In this document: piece by piece, positions 18,058 through 27,923 of the stretch
How the letters are laid out: each line of letters begins with the position of its first letter
Position numbering within the stretch: the stretch's first letter is position 1
Assembly (NCBI GenBank): GCA_963701665.1
Contig: OY969622.1
Coordinates: forward strand, 184,658 to 248,657
DNA from: Candidatus Babeliales bacterium
GTDB taxonomy: Bacteria; Babelota; Babeliae; Babelales; JANWKD01
Reading direction: 5' to 3'
Length of the DNA stretch: 64,000 nucleotides
The notes under the pieces: generated by a model
Database searches by the model: none
What the model saw: the letters and a program-made list of their open reading frames with translations, nothing else
Told to the model about the DNA's origin: nothing
Position numbers and translations under genes: made by a program

Positions 18058-19074
18058 TTAAGCATTTTCATCTGCAGCTAATGGCTGTATGATTTTTAAA
18101 TTCCCTGTAAGTCTTGCTTGTGCTTTAAGAGCAGCTTGCTCCGATAATGTATCTTCTAAAATAGTGGGTAAAGGCCGCGGTGAACCATTTTCTTCATCGG
18201 TGGTAGGGTCATCAAGATTTACATATCCTCCTACGCGGGGTGTGCCAGTTTGAGGCCGGGAAAGAGCGTTTCTGAATGATCCCTTTTTTCTTTTTTTCTT
18301 GTGCTTTTTCTCTTTTGTTATTTTTTCTTTGCCTTTGTTTCTTGACTCTTTTTCTTGCTCTTTTTCTTTAAAAAAATCTCTAGGTGAAGCAAGCTCTAGT
18401 GAATGTCTTTTGCGTGGGGAAATTTCTACTTGATTAAATGCATCCATAAGAGAATCAAGTTTTTTATTAATATTATGTGAGTGATCATCCCTAGTATCGA
18501 TACTCTTTACCACCGTTAATAGTAGTAGTCTGGTTTGCTTTACGAATTCATCATTTTTTCTAAATTTTTCATTGATCCTTTTGATTGCTTTTTTTAACGA
18601 TTCGCCCTCGAGTTCTTCATCCATAAAAGTTTCAACGACGAGTAATTCTGCATGCAAATCATTGATCTTGCGGTTATCAGGATTCAATGCTTGTAGTTCG
18701 CCTATAGAAAGCGCATTTGCTACAATTCTTTCATCCTGTTCCTGTAATCTTGCGTTAACTTTATGGCTCAATTGATTTAGATTAATTACATCATCGCGGA
18801 TAGGTACAATTTCGGCTTTTGTCGCCGTCTTTTTGCCAAATAACCATGATCGAATGCCGATATATGTTTCAATAAAACAACAGGTGCCAACTAAAAATGC
18901 TGGTATTTTTATTGCCAAGTGTGCTTCATCAAATTTTTTAATACAATCCTGCCAGACTTGCGTAATCTGTTCACTTGAAAACGAATCCTTTAGGGTATCA
19001 AAAAACTGCATTCCTTGCAGTGATGATGCATATGAGAAAATGATAAAAAACGATGCGATTAGAAATTTTTTCAT
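18058..19074 (-). CDS. Hypothetical secreted coiled-coil protein with lysine-rich low-complexity region
   Basis: Signal peptide ending SSLQGM-QFF, a second hydrophobic helix, and a KEKEQEKESRNKGKEK... tract. Confidence 0.5.
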   Translation of the reverse strand: MKKFLIASFFIIFSYASSLQGMQFFDTLKDSFSSEQITQVWQDCIKKFDEAHLAIKIPAFLVGTCCFIETYIGIRSWLFGKKTATKAEIVPIRDDVINLNQLSHKVNARLQEQDERIVANALSIGELQALNPDNRKINDLHAELLVVETFMDEELEGESLKKAIKRINEKFRKNDEFVKQTRLLLLTVVKSIDTRDDHSHNINKKLDSLMDAFNQVEISPRKRHSLELASPRDFFKEKEQEKESRNKGKEKITKEKKHKKKRKKGSFRNALSRPQTGTPRVGGYVNLDDPTTDEENGSPRPLPTILEDTLSEQAALKAQARLTGNLKIIQPLAADENA

Positions 19075-19168
19075 TGACGTGCCTCATTAAGTGTCTCTTT
19101 CTTTCATCCTTTTTTAACAGGATGCTTAATAAAAAGCAAATTTTTTATGATAAGCACCGTTAGAAAAT

Positions 19169-19275
19169 TGTCATTGCGAGCGAATGCGTGGCAATCCAGA
19201 TAATAAAATTAATTCCTTAAAGGAATCTATTAAAGTTCTGGATCTCCCACGGCGCTCTGCGCCTCGGGATGACAT
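19169..19275 (+). repeat. MITE/REP-like palindromic element, subfamily 1, copy A
   Basis: Runs tgtcattgcgagcgaatgcgtggcaatccaga ... tctggatctcccacggcgctctgcgcctcgggatgaca, with imperfect TIRs and an internal palindrome. Lies immediately downstream of ftsY. Confidence 0.85.
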
Positions 19276-19295
19276 GGTGAATATGATAAGAACCG

Positions 19296-20225
19296 TTAAA
19301 AAAGGTTTTTTATAAAAGAGGCTGCATCAAATTGTTCAAAATCTCCAAGCGTTTCGCCATGAGAAATATATCTGACCGGCACCTGGAGTTCATGCATGAT
19401 AGAAAAAATAATACCGCCTTTAGCAGTTCCATCCATTTTAGTCAGTATAATGCCATCAAGGGTTGTGCTCTCATTAAAGAGGCGTGCTTGTTCAAAAGAA
19501 TTTTGCCCTAGGAGTGCATCAACGGTGAGCAATGTGGTAATCGGGTGATTAGGTAGCTGGGCAGTAATAATGCGGCGCATCTTCTCAAGTTCTTTCATGA
19601 GATTCACTTTTGTTTGCAGACGGCCGGCAGTATCAATAATAAGAATATCAGCAGCGTTATTTTTGAATTGTTGGCACGCGGTAAAAACGACTGATGCCGG
19701 ATCTTGCCCTTCTTTGCCCGTAACAATGTCTGCATGCGTACGTGTTGCCCATGTTTGTAGTTGTGCTGTTGCGGCAGCACGGAAAGTATCAGCAGCTGCA
19801 AGAAGTACCTTTTTGCCTTGTGCGGCATAGAGATGTGCTAATTTGCCTGCGCACGTTGTTTTTCCACTCCCATTAATGCCCACGAGCAAAAATACCTGCG
19901 AGGGTTGCCAAGGTGAGGTTTTGAGAGAACGCGCGAGTTCTTGTTCAACAATTTTTTTTACCTCAGCGCCCGATAACGAGGTTCCACTTTTGTGAACCGC
20001 ACGTACCGCATCAATGATCGAGCGTGTTGTTGGAACACCAACATCTGCACGTATCAGGAGATGTTCAAGCTCTTTTATGGCTTCTTCATCGATGGTTGCC
20101 TGAGAAAAAATGCCAGTTATTTTTGCGCTAAACGAAGAATAAAAGGTGGAAAGGGTATCTTTTATAAAATTAAACACGGGGAAACAACTTGATTTTAAAG
20201 TATGACTTGTACTCTTAGTATACAC
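19296..20225 (-). CDS. ftsY: Signal recognition particle receptor FtsY
   Basis: SRP GTPase motifs GINGSGKTT, DTAGR and TKMDG. Confidence 0.9.
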   Translation of the reverse strand: MYTKSTSHTLKSSCFPVFNFIKDTLSTFYSSFSAKITGIFSQATIDEEAIKELEHLLIRADVGVPTTRSIIDAVRAVHKSGTSLSGAEVKKIVEQELARSLKTSPWQPSQVFLLVGINGSGKTTCAGKLAHLYAAQGKKVLLAAADTFRAAATAQLQTWATRTHADIVTGKEGQDPASVVFTACQQFKNNAADILIIDTAGRLQTKVNLMKELEKMRRIITAQLPNHPITTLLTVDALLGQNSFEQARLFNESTTLDGIILTKMDGTAKGGIIFSIMHELQVPVRYISHGETLGDFEQFDAASFIKNLF

Positions 20226-20277
20226 TTTTTTATACTAAAGGTAAAAATTACCTAAAAAAGGGCAATAGGGGGGCATT

Positions 20278-21516
20278 ATGAAATTCATAGTATCTTTGGT
20301 GTGTACGTTATTAATAACAGCATCGCTTTTCTCCGAACCTTTAGAAGATTCCTTGGGAAACTTGATTAGTTCTTTAAAAATGCTAGAAAACGGTATGCAA
20401 ATTCAAAGACCGGAGGCATACGCAGTTGGGGGATTTAATCAACCTGCTATGGTTCAGCAATTTACTGGCCCTTCGCGTGAAACATGTGGCACTCGTTATT
20501 TTGCTGGCGGCACGATTATTATAAATAGAACTAAAAAGGATAAAATTCTTTGTGTATTGCGAGGGTATAGAGATTTTTATTTTGGCAAATGGGATAAAGA
20601 AGATGAAAATCTTCTGCATGAATTGGCCGGCGAACAATCTTTGGATGATGTTAATATGTATGAAGTTTTTACGGATGTTTCCTGGTCACATTTTAAAGGA
20701 GGAAACGTGAATGTTAATATCTATTCTTCCCGAAAACCAAGCTATCTTCTTGTGTGGTCAAAAGACAACTCTAGCGTTCAACGAAAGATAAAAGAGCTTC
20801 TTTTTGTAGTGCTGGGGAACAAACCGCTCAACAAATATTTAGTTCAGCATCTGCTTGGGTATAATGATGAAGATATAAAGAAAGCGTATGAAATAAAATA
20901 TCCACTCGATCAACAAAAATTTACTACCGATAGAAGTCTTGCTCAAAGAGCACACGAAGACTTCATGGCAAACGACTATTCTCTGGAGAAAGTTATCAAG
21001 CAGGGTATTTTATTAAAACCAGTTTTCAACGAACCCTACACGCCATTTAGTGGATTTCCCTTCACTTCAGGAATGCAGCAGTCTTCTACGGGTTTTTCGG
21101 TACAGTACATGCTCCCACAAACACAATCACAATTAGAGTGTGCTGTGAGTACAGAAGAACGAGGAGGATACATGCAAGATGTGTTTTTAGGCAAAATGAA
21201 ACTTTATTTTGGATATTATCCCGAGGATAAAACGATTTTTCAGGAGCTTAAAAAGCAATATCCAGCAACATCATTAAATATTATTATTCAAAACGATCAG
21301 CTTATTTTTTATAACGTGGGTGATGTAGCAGCACACAATGCCGCGCAGATGCTCTTAAAGGCTCTTAAAAATAACGTAATCAATGATTACTTGTATAGAA
21401 AATTGCAGGGACTTAGTGAATCGTCTATTAAGAGTTTGTATCAAAGATGTAATTTTAGTGCTAGAAAGTTCCAGGACGATAAAAAAGCAGCTCATGAATT
21501 CATGCAAAGAAAATAG
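20278..21516 (+). CDS. Hypothetical secreted protein with two related halves
   Basis: Signal peptide. The pattern YFG(K/Y)...LLxxLxN...YL...L is repeated in the N- and C-terminal halves. Confidence 0.5.
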   Translation: MKFIVSLVCTLLITASLFSEPLEDSLGNLISSLKMLENGMQIQRPEAYAVGGFNQPAMVQQFTGPSRETCGTRYFAGGTIIINRTKKDKILCVLRGYRDFYFGKWDKEDENLLHELAGEQSLDDVNMYEVFTDVSWSHFKGGNVNVNIYSSRKPSYLLVWSKDNSSVQRKIKELLFVVLGNKPLNKYLVQHLLGYNDEDIKKAYEIKYPLDQQKFTTDRSLAQRAHEDFMANDYSLEKVIKQGILLKPVFNEPYTPFSGFPFTSGMQQSSTGFSVQYMLPQTQSQLECAVSTEERGGYMQDVFLGKMKLYFGYYPEDKTIFQELKKQYPATSLNIIIQNDQLIFYNVGDVAAHNAAQMLLKALKNNVINDYLYRKLQGLSESSIKSLYQRCNFSARKFQDDKKAAHEFMQRK

Positions 21517-21520
21517 TAGT

Positions 21521-22210
21521 TTATTGGCGAGATTGCCACAAGGAATGGGCGAACCAACCGGATGCGACGCCCGCAACGCCCACAGAGCATGCGACTAAAG
21601 GGGTTTGATACCTCTTAAACCAGTTTTCCTTAGGCTTAATAGGTTCTGCTTGCAGTTGTTTACAACGCGAACATGATGTGGGCTCAGGTTCTTTGACTTC
21701 GAAACTTCGTAGGGGAGGATAATTGTTGTCATCTTCTTCTTCAGACGTTTCATCTTTGCGTGGTGGTAAAAGTCCCTTATACGTTACATACTGTGTTTTC
21801 ATTTTTTTTTCTCTCTTTTTGCGAATCTTTTCTTGCTTCATTGCATGCTGAACTGCTCTTTTTTCCAACCGACGAATATCCCATTCTATGGTGGGTTCTT
21901 CAAGAGAATTGTTGAAATTTAGCCTGGGAAGAAATTGATCTAAGGTGCTATGTTCTTCAATAGGCGTTTGAGAAACAACTTTGATGGTTATAGTGCATTT
22001 ATCGAGATGTTTAAACACTAAATCTACCGTTGTATCTTGGTGAGCAGCAATTTCTTGTACTTTGCCATATAAAAAATCTGAACAAAATGGAAAAAAATAA
22101 GCAGCTGTTTTAGGATTTAAGCGTGCGATATATTTTTTATTTGTTTGCATTGGCAATAGTGTACATGAGAAGAGAAGCGCGATTAATAATAAAAGCATTT
22201 TCTTTTTCAT
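21521..22210 (-). CDS. Hypothetical signal-peptide plus C-terminal-anchor protein (array member 1)
   Basis: Signal peptide ...TLLPM-QTNKK and a C-terminal TM (VACSVGVAGVASGWFAHSLW). Confidence 0.5.
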   Translation of the reverse strand: MKKKMLLLLIALLFSCTLLPMQTNKKYIARLNPKTAAYFFPFCSDFLYGKVQEIAAHQDTTVDLVFKHLDKCTITIKVVSQTPIEEHSTLDQFLPRLNFNNSLEEPTIEWDIRRLEKRAVQHAMKQEKIRKKREKKMKTQYVTYKGLLPPRKDETSEEEDDNNYPPLRSFEVKEPEPTSCSRCKQLQAEPIKPKENWFKRYQTPLVACSVGVAGVASGWFAHSLWQSRQ

Positions 22211-22221
22211 GTTAGCCTTTC

Positions 22222-22665
22222 TTATTGTTTGTTGTTTTCAAACCAATAAACGAGTGCAGCAGCCGTAAAAGCTCCTGTCGCAAAAGCTACCGCAGCGGTC
22301 GTACGGGGATATTTATCGATGTATGGCACTTCAAGAATGTATCTCTCATTGTCATTATCTATCTTGAGTTCTTGATGGCGCCAGCCAATTTGCATCATAT
22401 ATTTCCACACGCGGGTTAATTCTTTATCACGCAAACTGACATACCACGTAGATCCTTGTGTAGTTGAAATGCGCTTAAAATTTTCTTGTTCAACCGGGAG
22501 CCAAATAGTTTCGTTGCCAAGACACGTTGAGCATAGAGCAATCTGAGTAGGATAAACTTCTGTTGGGGCAGCAGACTTTTTTTTGAACCAACTCATGGCT
22601 GAAGTATGGATAGGCGCAAGCAAAAATAAACTAAATAGTATGCATAAAAATTGATTTTTCATCAC
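22222..22665 (-). CDS. Hypothetical signal-peptide plus C-terminal-anchor protein (array member 2)
   Basis: Signal peptide ...HTSAM-SWF and a C-terminal TM (AAVAFATGAFTAAALVYWF). Confidence 0.5.
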   Translation of the reverse strand: MMKNQFLCILFSLFLLAPIHTSAMSWFKKKSAAPTEVYPTQIALCSTCLGNETIWLPVEQENFKRISTTQGSTWYVSLRDKELTRVWKYMMQIGWRHQELKIDNDNERYILEVPYIDKYPRTTAAVAFATGAFTAAALVYWFENNKQ

Positions 22666-22710
22666 GATGCCTTTTTATAGTTACTAGTGTACTTAAACTT
22701 TATGCTAGAA

Positions 22711-22745
22711 AAAAGAGCTTGCTCAAAATGAACAAGCTCTTTTAG
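22711..22745 (-). terminator. Rho-independent terminator downstream of 22769-23686
   Basis: Stem agagcttg / caagctct with flanking A- and T-runs. Confidence 0.6.
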
Positions 22746-22768
22746 TAAAAAATTGTGATGTTTTTTAA

Positions 22769-23686
22769 TTACTGTTTACTGCCAAAATAACCAGCAGCAG
22801 TGCAAACAACTGCGGTAGTAAGCACCGCGCTTGCAAGAATTGTTTTTGGATGTCGAACAATGAGAGATTGTGTTTCGCGCATCTCCTGGTGGCCAATTAT
22901 TATGCCTGCGCCAAAATACAGCAAATTGTTTTCATCTAAATCCCTTTTAATTTCCAGTGGCGGAATAATTCGCGTTTTTTCTTGCCCCATATGAAGCTCA
23001 TCGGCAATTTGTTGTTGCTTGAATATACGAGCTAAGGCTGGTGCTAGTTCATCGATATTGAGAGCAACGTGCGTGTTATCTTTATTTTTAATATTTTTTC
23101 TATAATGTTTTACTCCTAAATCAACAGAATGCAATTCTACTTCGTTGCCATCGTGTCCCGGGGAATAGACTGAGATGGCGGTTGGTATTTCTTGCTGCCC
23201 TTTTAAAAATCCTGCGTGATGATACATCTTATTATTCAAGGATATAATCGTCTCAATTTCTTCTGGAATATTACATTGATTGTTGTTTTGTTGTGGATTT
23301 AATGCTTTGTCTTGCAATGTTGTAAAAAGGCGTTCAAAAAGGGGTCCTAATGTATTGATATCAAGTAAAATTTCAATTTCGCCACCGCCTTGGAGAAAAG
23401 CTTCACGGTTTAACTGAATACGATCCCAATTTTTTAATTCATGCTCTTGCGAATATATTTGGATACTTATTGAAGATACTTTTGGTTTTTTTTCATAACC
23501 AGGTTCATCATTGTTGACTGCTTTAATATCGTCTGGGGTGAAAACCCAACTTGAGAATCCTCCCGTTGACATACGTAAATCACTTTCAGGAGCGACTTCT
23601 CCAACTGCTTCATCCATTGCGTCTAGGGTTGTAAAAGCGTTTGCAAACAAACCCCCCGCTATCACGATGAAAAAAAGTTTTTTCAT
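22769..23686 (-). CDS. Hypothetical signal-peptide plus C-terminal-anchor protein (array member 3)
   Basis: Shares IKA(V/I)NNDEPGY(E/D)..PK with member 4. C-terminal TM (ASAVLTTAVVCTAAGYF). Confidence 0.55.
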   Translation of the reverse strand: MKKLFFIVIAGGLFANAFTTLDAMDEAVGEVAPESDLRMSTGGFSSWVFTPDDIKAVNNDEPGYEKKPKVSSISIQIYSQEHELKNWDRIQLNREAFLQGGGEIEILLDINTLGPLFERLFTTLQDKALNPQQNNNQCNIPEEIETIISLNNKMYHHAGFLKGQQEIPTAISVYSPGHDGNEVELHSVDLGVKHYRKNIKNKDNTHVALNIDELAPALARIFKQQQIADELHMGQEKTRIIPPLEIKRDLDENNLLYFGAGIIIGHQEMRETQSLIVRHPKTILASAVLTTAVVCTAAGYFGSKQ

Positions 23687-23698
23687 TACTTGGTTCTC

Positions 23699-24103
23699 CT
23701 ATTTTTTTCCAGCGAGACCACGAATATAAAAATCGCGACTGAAGTCCTCAAATGTTTCTCGCAGTGCAACAGGAATTTTATTTGATTTTGCACTATTTGG
23801 CGTGTAGGATTCTTCTCGATATGCGTCGCAAAGCTTAGCAAAAATTGGCAGTACCAGCTCAAGAGGAAGCTTGATGTGTTCTTGTCCCTGTTCTACGGAA
23901 AAATGTTTCTCATCTAAGGGGATACTAAGCGATGGATATTCAACAATAGTAATAATCTTTTTAGGATTACTATCATAACCTGGTTCATCATTGTTAATGG
24001 CTTTAATGTTTGGACGGGCATTTTTTGTTTCCATCGCATCTATTTTTGCAAAAACAGTTATCAATAAACTACCTAATGTGAAAATAAAGAAAAATTTTTT
24101 CAC
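23699..24103 (-). CDS. Hypothetical secreted protein (array member 4, short, no C-terminal anchor)
   Basis: Signal peptide ...KIDAM-ETK and the IKAINNDEPGYDSNPKK block shared with member 3. Confidence 0.5.
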   Translation of the reverse strand: MKKFFFIFTLGSLLITVFAKIDAMETKNARPNIKAINNDEPGYDSNPKKIITIVEYPSLSIPLDEKHFSVEQGQEHIKLPLELVLPIFAKLCDAYREESYTPNSAKSNKIPVALRETFEDFSRDFYIRGLAGKK

Positions 24104-24139
24104 GTATACCTCATGTGTTAAAAATGATTATGTCACAGA

Positions 24140-24167
24140 AAGTATAGGAAACTTTATTGATAAATCA
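24140..24167 (-). promoter_or_regulatory. Sigma70-like promoter TTGATT-N16-TATACT upstream of 23699-24103
   Basis: Read on the minus strand. The same roughly 40-bp block recurs at 25871-25898. Confidence 0.5.
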
Positions 24168-24184
24168 AATAAGAAATAGCTTGC

Positions 24185-24634
24185 TCAATGATGAACCAAA
24201 ATTGCGAATTTTTTGAGGTTAATGTTTATGTCAAAATAGCGCATTGCTATCGCGCCGCCAGTGAATCCGAGTACGAGAGCAGTTGCAATAAATTTTTTTG
24301 AATGTTTCTCAAAAATTGAGCGTTGTTTTTTCATGCCTGATTCGGTCCATCCAGCGTCTTTAAAAGCTGTTATAACGGAATCTACTTTTAACACAATTTC
24401 TTCTTTTCCTCGTAAGCTTTTATTGGGATCTTGATTACTTATTATCGAAAAATCCTCTGTGTCTAATGGCATAAGCATACAACCATAATCAAAGCATTTT
24501 GATTGGAATTTAATTCTGCAAGGAAGGCCTACTTTATTATGGTCTTTTGTGTGATCATTATCAGATGCACATATATGTAAAGGAGCATTGATTAAAAGTC
24601 CGCTTAATGTCAAAAGAAAAAAAAGTTTCTTCAT
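24185..24634 (-). CDS. Hypothetical signal-peptide plus C-terminal-anchor protein (array member 5)
   Basis: Start taken at MKKLFFLL (ATG at 24634). The C-terminus ...GFTGGAIAMRYFD is paralogous to member 6, followed by a frameshifted 3' extension. Confidence 0.5.
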   Translation of the reverse strand: MKKLFFLLTLSGLLINAPLHICASDNDHTKDHNKVGLPCRIKFQSKCFDYGCMLMPLDTEDFSIISNQDPNKSLRGKEEIVLKVDSVITAFKDAGWTESGMKKQRSIFEKHSKKFIATALVLGFTGGAIAMRYFDININLKKFAILVHH

Positions 24635-24652
24635 GCAAATTTCTTCTCGTTT

Positions 24653-24690
24653 AAAAAGAGCTTGCTCAATGATGAACAAGCTTCTTTTTG
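24653..24690 (-). terminator. Rho-independent terminator downstream of 24713-25822
   Basis: Stem agcttg / caagct with T-runs. A degenerate copy of it lies inside the 3' end of member 5 (24177-24200). Confidence 0.5.
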
Positions 24691-24712
24691 CAAAATTGCG
24701 AATCGTTTAAGG

Positions 24713-25822
24713 TTAATGTTTGTTGTCAAAGTAGCGCATAGCTACAGCACAACCAAGTATTCCCGTTCCGAGAGTAAATGCCATCCATTTTTTTGGATGC
24801 TTTGCAAAAGTCGATTGTTCTTGTGCGGCAAGCTTGCGCCCTTCCGTGATACCGGCTTTCTTACCGTTGTCAAAGTGTGTTCTAAATGCACGTTCCGCAT
24901 TGTTTTCGATGGACCATCCTCTTTTTCTTAACTCAACAAACAATGGGGTTAACTCATCAACTTCTAGTTGCACTTCTTCTTGCCCATGTGCATCTTTATC
25001 TTGTTCATCCTCATCAATCACACCAAAATCTTCTTGTTTTAATGTGATGCTCATAAGACGAACACCCGGTTCAAATATGCTGAGTCTGTAAGGGCGACGT
25101 ACCACATCCGGATGTCTCGCTAACTCGTCCGATTTGGGTTTTATAACTAAGTTTCCTTCTTCTCTCAGAGCCTCCAAAAAAGCCTCGATTTCTTCATCAT
25201 CGAACCGGATTTCTTTGCGGCCGCGTGCGTTTTTATTTATATCTTCATCACTAATGTTCTGATAATGACGTGATTTTAATGTGACAAAATGCCAACAATC
25301 GCCTTCGCCACTCTTTCTGAAATAGTGCGAGCCAAATCTAATTCTGTAAGGCATTTTTGTTTCACTTTGACGTTCTGCGCCCTCATCGAATCCTTTTGTA
25401 TGGCCCGCATGAAAAATTATATTATTATGGTCTGTTAATAGTTCGTTGATAGATTTAGGAATTATGGGTGATGCTTGGTCGAAAACTTCATCTTTGTTTT
25501 GAGTAAGAAGTGCCTCGAGCGTTGGTTTTAGTTCCACTGCACTAATTCTTATTTCTATTGTTTTATGCTCATCATGAGTTACTTCATGAAAATGTTTCTT
25601 GTTTAAAGCGATTGTGGCGCCGTTCAGCAATCCTTCAGTTTCGCCTGCATGATGAACAAAAAAAGAAATAGCAGTGGGAAGAAGATTGGGCACATCTTGT
25701 TCAGGTTGTCTATCTCTGAGCTCAGAGAGTGATGAGTCTGATGGCGATTTGTGCATTGCATTAATGCCATGAGGAATGTGAAATATGCCACCGAGTAACA
25801 CGAGATTCAATACTTTTTTCAT
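24713..25822 (-). CDS. Hypothetical signal-peptide plus C-terminal-anchor protein (array member 6, three internal modules)
   Basis: Start taken at MKKVLNLV (ATG at 25822); the track start is a GTG. Repeated module ...E(I/V)x(L/F)xxDExxxxLxxL..., and C-terminus GILGCAVAMRYFDNKH. Confidence 0.55.
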   Translation of the reverse strand: MKKVLNLVLLGGIFHIPHGINAMHKSPSDSSLSELRDRQPEQDVPNLLPTAISFFVHHAGETEGLLNGATIALNKKHFHEVTHDEHKTIEIRISAVELKPTLEALLTQNKDEVFDQASPIIPKSINELLTDHNNIIFHAGHTKGFDEGAERQSETKMPYRIRFGSHYFRKSGEGDCWHFVTLKSRHYQNISDEDINKNARGRKEIRFDDEEIEAFLEALREEGNLVIKPKSDELARHPDVVRRPYRLSIFEPGVRLMSITLKQEDFGVIDEDEQDKDAHGQEEVQLEVDELTPLFVELRKRGWSIENNAERAFRTHFDNGKKAGITEGRKLAAQEQSTFAKHPKKWMAFTLGTGILGCAVAMRYFDNKH

Positions 25823-25870
25823 GGGATGTCTCACTAAATAGTATGATAAAGTAGATGGATTTCAGCAGAA

Positions 25871-25898
25871 AGTATAAGAAACTTTATTGATAAATCAA
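25871..25898 (-). promoter_or_regulatory. Sigma70-like promoter TTGATT-N16-TATACT upstream of 24713-25822
   Basis: Near-identical copy of the block at 24140-24167. Confidence 0.5.
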
Positions 25899-25917
25899 AT
25901 AAAAAAGAACGTGCGCA

Positions 25918-26523
25918 TTATATATTCTCAAAAAACACATGCGCTCGTTGCAAAAATAATTTCATGCGCCGGTAATCATTGCCAGTCAACAATGAAAAGG
26001 TCTCTAAAAATTTCTCTGTTGAGCGTTCTGTGATGCAGTTCATCGCGCGCATTGTTTTCAATAGCGCCAACAAGAGCTCATCAAGATTATTAATAGTGCT
26101 TGATATGTTAAAGAGTACGTGCAAATACTGTTCATGCGCAAAAAAATGTTTGTATTGCATCGCAGATGCGTGAGCAACAAATGAATGAATGCGAGGGGGT
26201 TCAGGGGGCAATTGATAAAAGATTTTTCCCTTTTCTTGGTAGCCGACTAACACACATGAGAAGGTAGTTTTTAAAAATTCAAAAATCTGAGGCTGTTCTC
26301 GTAACAGCTCTTCTTCTGTTTTTTGATAGGCAAAGGGATAACGAACAGGATCCATCGAACCAGTTTGAATATGATGCACAATGCCAAACAAAGTATATGA
26401 TGCATGTTCAACAACGACCAAAGAGCCGAATGCCGGCGTTGTTCTCCAATCCCAACTTTGGGAAATCCATGTCGCAAGTGAACTTTCAATAATTTCGGCA
26501 CACGGTTTTTGTGTAGGTTCCAT
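25918..26523 (-). CDS. Hypothetical protein
   Basis: 201-aa ORF just upstream of rnhB on the same strand (12-nt intergenic gap). No family recognised. Confidence 0.45.
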   Translation of the reverse strand: MEPTQKPCAEIIESSLATWISQSWDWRTTPAFGSLVVVEHASYTLFGIVHHIQTGSMDPVRYPFAYQKTEEELLREQPQIFEFLKTTFSCVLVGYQEKGKIFYQLPPEPPRIHSFVAHASAMQYKHFFAHEQYLHVLFNISSTINNLDELLLALLKTMRAMNCITERSTEKFLETFSLLTGNDYRRMKLFLQRAHVFFENI

Positions 26524-26535
26524 GAACGCTCGCTT

Positions 26536-27225
26536 TTAAAACATTGTTTGTTGTTCAGAAAATTCATCAGAATCTTGGTTGAACCACGCGCCTTGCAAGA
26601 AATTCATGCGATGAATAATCGAGTGACCAAGTTCTTGAACGCGCGTGCGATGTTGTGGCGTTGCATATCCTTTGTGTGCGCCCAAAAAATAACCGGGAAG
26701 CGCGGTTTCAAAATGAGGCATTAAACGATCGCGCGTTACTTTTGCGATAATTGATGCTGCGGCAATAGAACTTGATTTTCGTTCGCCAAAAGGAAAATGG
26801 AGAACATCAATGTCGTGGTATGCCGTTGCGTGTAGTTGCAGAGGCATTGCATCAACAATAATTTTTGAGGGCGGTGGACAACCCTGCGCCATAAGCTGCA
26901 AAAAAGCGCGCTTCATAGCTTTCAATGTTGCATGATAAATATTGTGTTGATCAATAGCCCGATGATGCACCGAAGCAATGCCATACCAGCTATTGTTGAT
27001 GATCCAAGAAAATGCTTTTTCCCGTTCTTCAACAGTCATTATTTTTGAATCTTTAATAAGCCGATGATTTTTTTTGTGATGCAATATAACGGCTGCGACA
27101 ACAACAGGACCTGCCAAACACCCTCGCCCAACTTCATCAATGCCACATACGAGTGCATTCTCTGCCCATGCCGAGTGTTCAAAATAATTTTTGTTGAAGC
27201 GTTCTTGATAGCGAATGGTAGCCAT
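26536..27225 (-). CDS. rnhB: Ribonuclease HII (bacterial type)
   Basis: GIDEVGRGCLAGPVV catalytic N-terminus, SIIAKVTRD, and C-terminal KGYATPQH...HRMNF. Confidence 0.9.
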   Translation of the reverse strand: MATIRYQERFNKNYFEHSAWAENALVCGIDEVGRGCLAGPVVVAAVILHHKKNHRLIKDSKIMTVEEREKAFSWIINNSWYGIASVHHRAIDQHNIYHATLKAMKRAFLQLMAQGCPPPSKIIVDAMPLQLHATAYHDIDVLHFPFGERKSSSIAAASIIAKVTRDRLMPHFETALPGYFLGAHKGYATPQHRTRVQELGHSIIHRMNFLQGAWFNQDSDEFSEQQTMF

Positions 27226-27293
27226 GTGAAGATCGTAATTGAAGTGTGAAATTTTTGTTAGTATACGCTACTTTTGAAACAAAGAAAAGAATG

Positions 27294-27905
27294 TTATTTC
27301 TGTAGAATTTTGGTAAAGAAATACTGCCAACAAAAAAATACTATGCCGAGTGCTAGAGGTATTAAAAACAATGCAGTGATTCTTGTGTACCACGATGGCA
27401 CCGTAAGTCCTGCAACTATCCATTGCGCAAGCGTTATGGCAGCAAATATGTTCCCTGTTATGAAACTGACCGTTCTGATGAAGAATGGTATTGGATGATA
27501 TGCTGTTAATGCAAGAGCAAGAAAAAATAGGGCAAAGTATACTATGATGCAAAATGGAATTAACATATCGCCACACTTAAACGTATCGCTGCGGGCAACA
27601 AAAGACAAAAGATTATCCTTCCAATTGCGTTTGTAGAGCGATAAGGCATCTTTGGCTTCTTCGATCTGTGCAGATAGTATGCGTACGCGTTCATCATGAT
27701 CTACCGATTCTGGTGTGTGCGATAGTTCTTCTAATTCTTTTTCAAGTGCTTTTCTGCACTGTTCAATTTCGTACTGTTTGTTCAGTACTTTTGCAAAAGC
27801 AAAAGGCGACATAGGTAAAAAGAAACTTGCAATTCCAATAATTACGCAAGGAATTGCTATGGACCAAAATAATATTCTAGTAAATGATGTTTTGATGGTA
27901 AGCAT
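27294..27905 (-). CDS. Hypothetical polytopic membrane protein
   Basis: 203-aa ORF with an N-terminal TM, a charged helix, and 3-4 C-terminal TM helices. Confidence 0.45.
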   Translation of the reverse strand: MLTIKTSFTRILFWSIAIPCVIIGIASFFLPMSPFAFAKVLNKQYEIEQCRKALEKELEELSHTPESVDHDERVRILSAQIEEAKDALSLYKRNWKDNLLSFVARSDTFKCGDMLIPFCIIVYFALFFLALALTAYHPIPFFIRTVSFITGNIFAAITLAQWIVAGLTVPSWYTRITALFLIPLALGIVFFCWQYFFTKILQK

Positions 27906-27923
27906 AACGATTCTCAGTTGCTG

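Noticed and set aside
27268-27576. ORFs 27268-27576 (minus) and 27274-27498 (plus) overlapping 27294-27905.
   Set aside because: The longer 203-aa membrane-protein frame explains the region. The alternatives are Cys/His-rich shadow frames.
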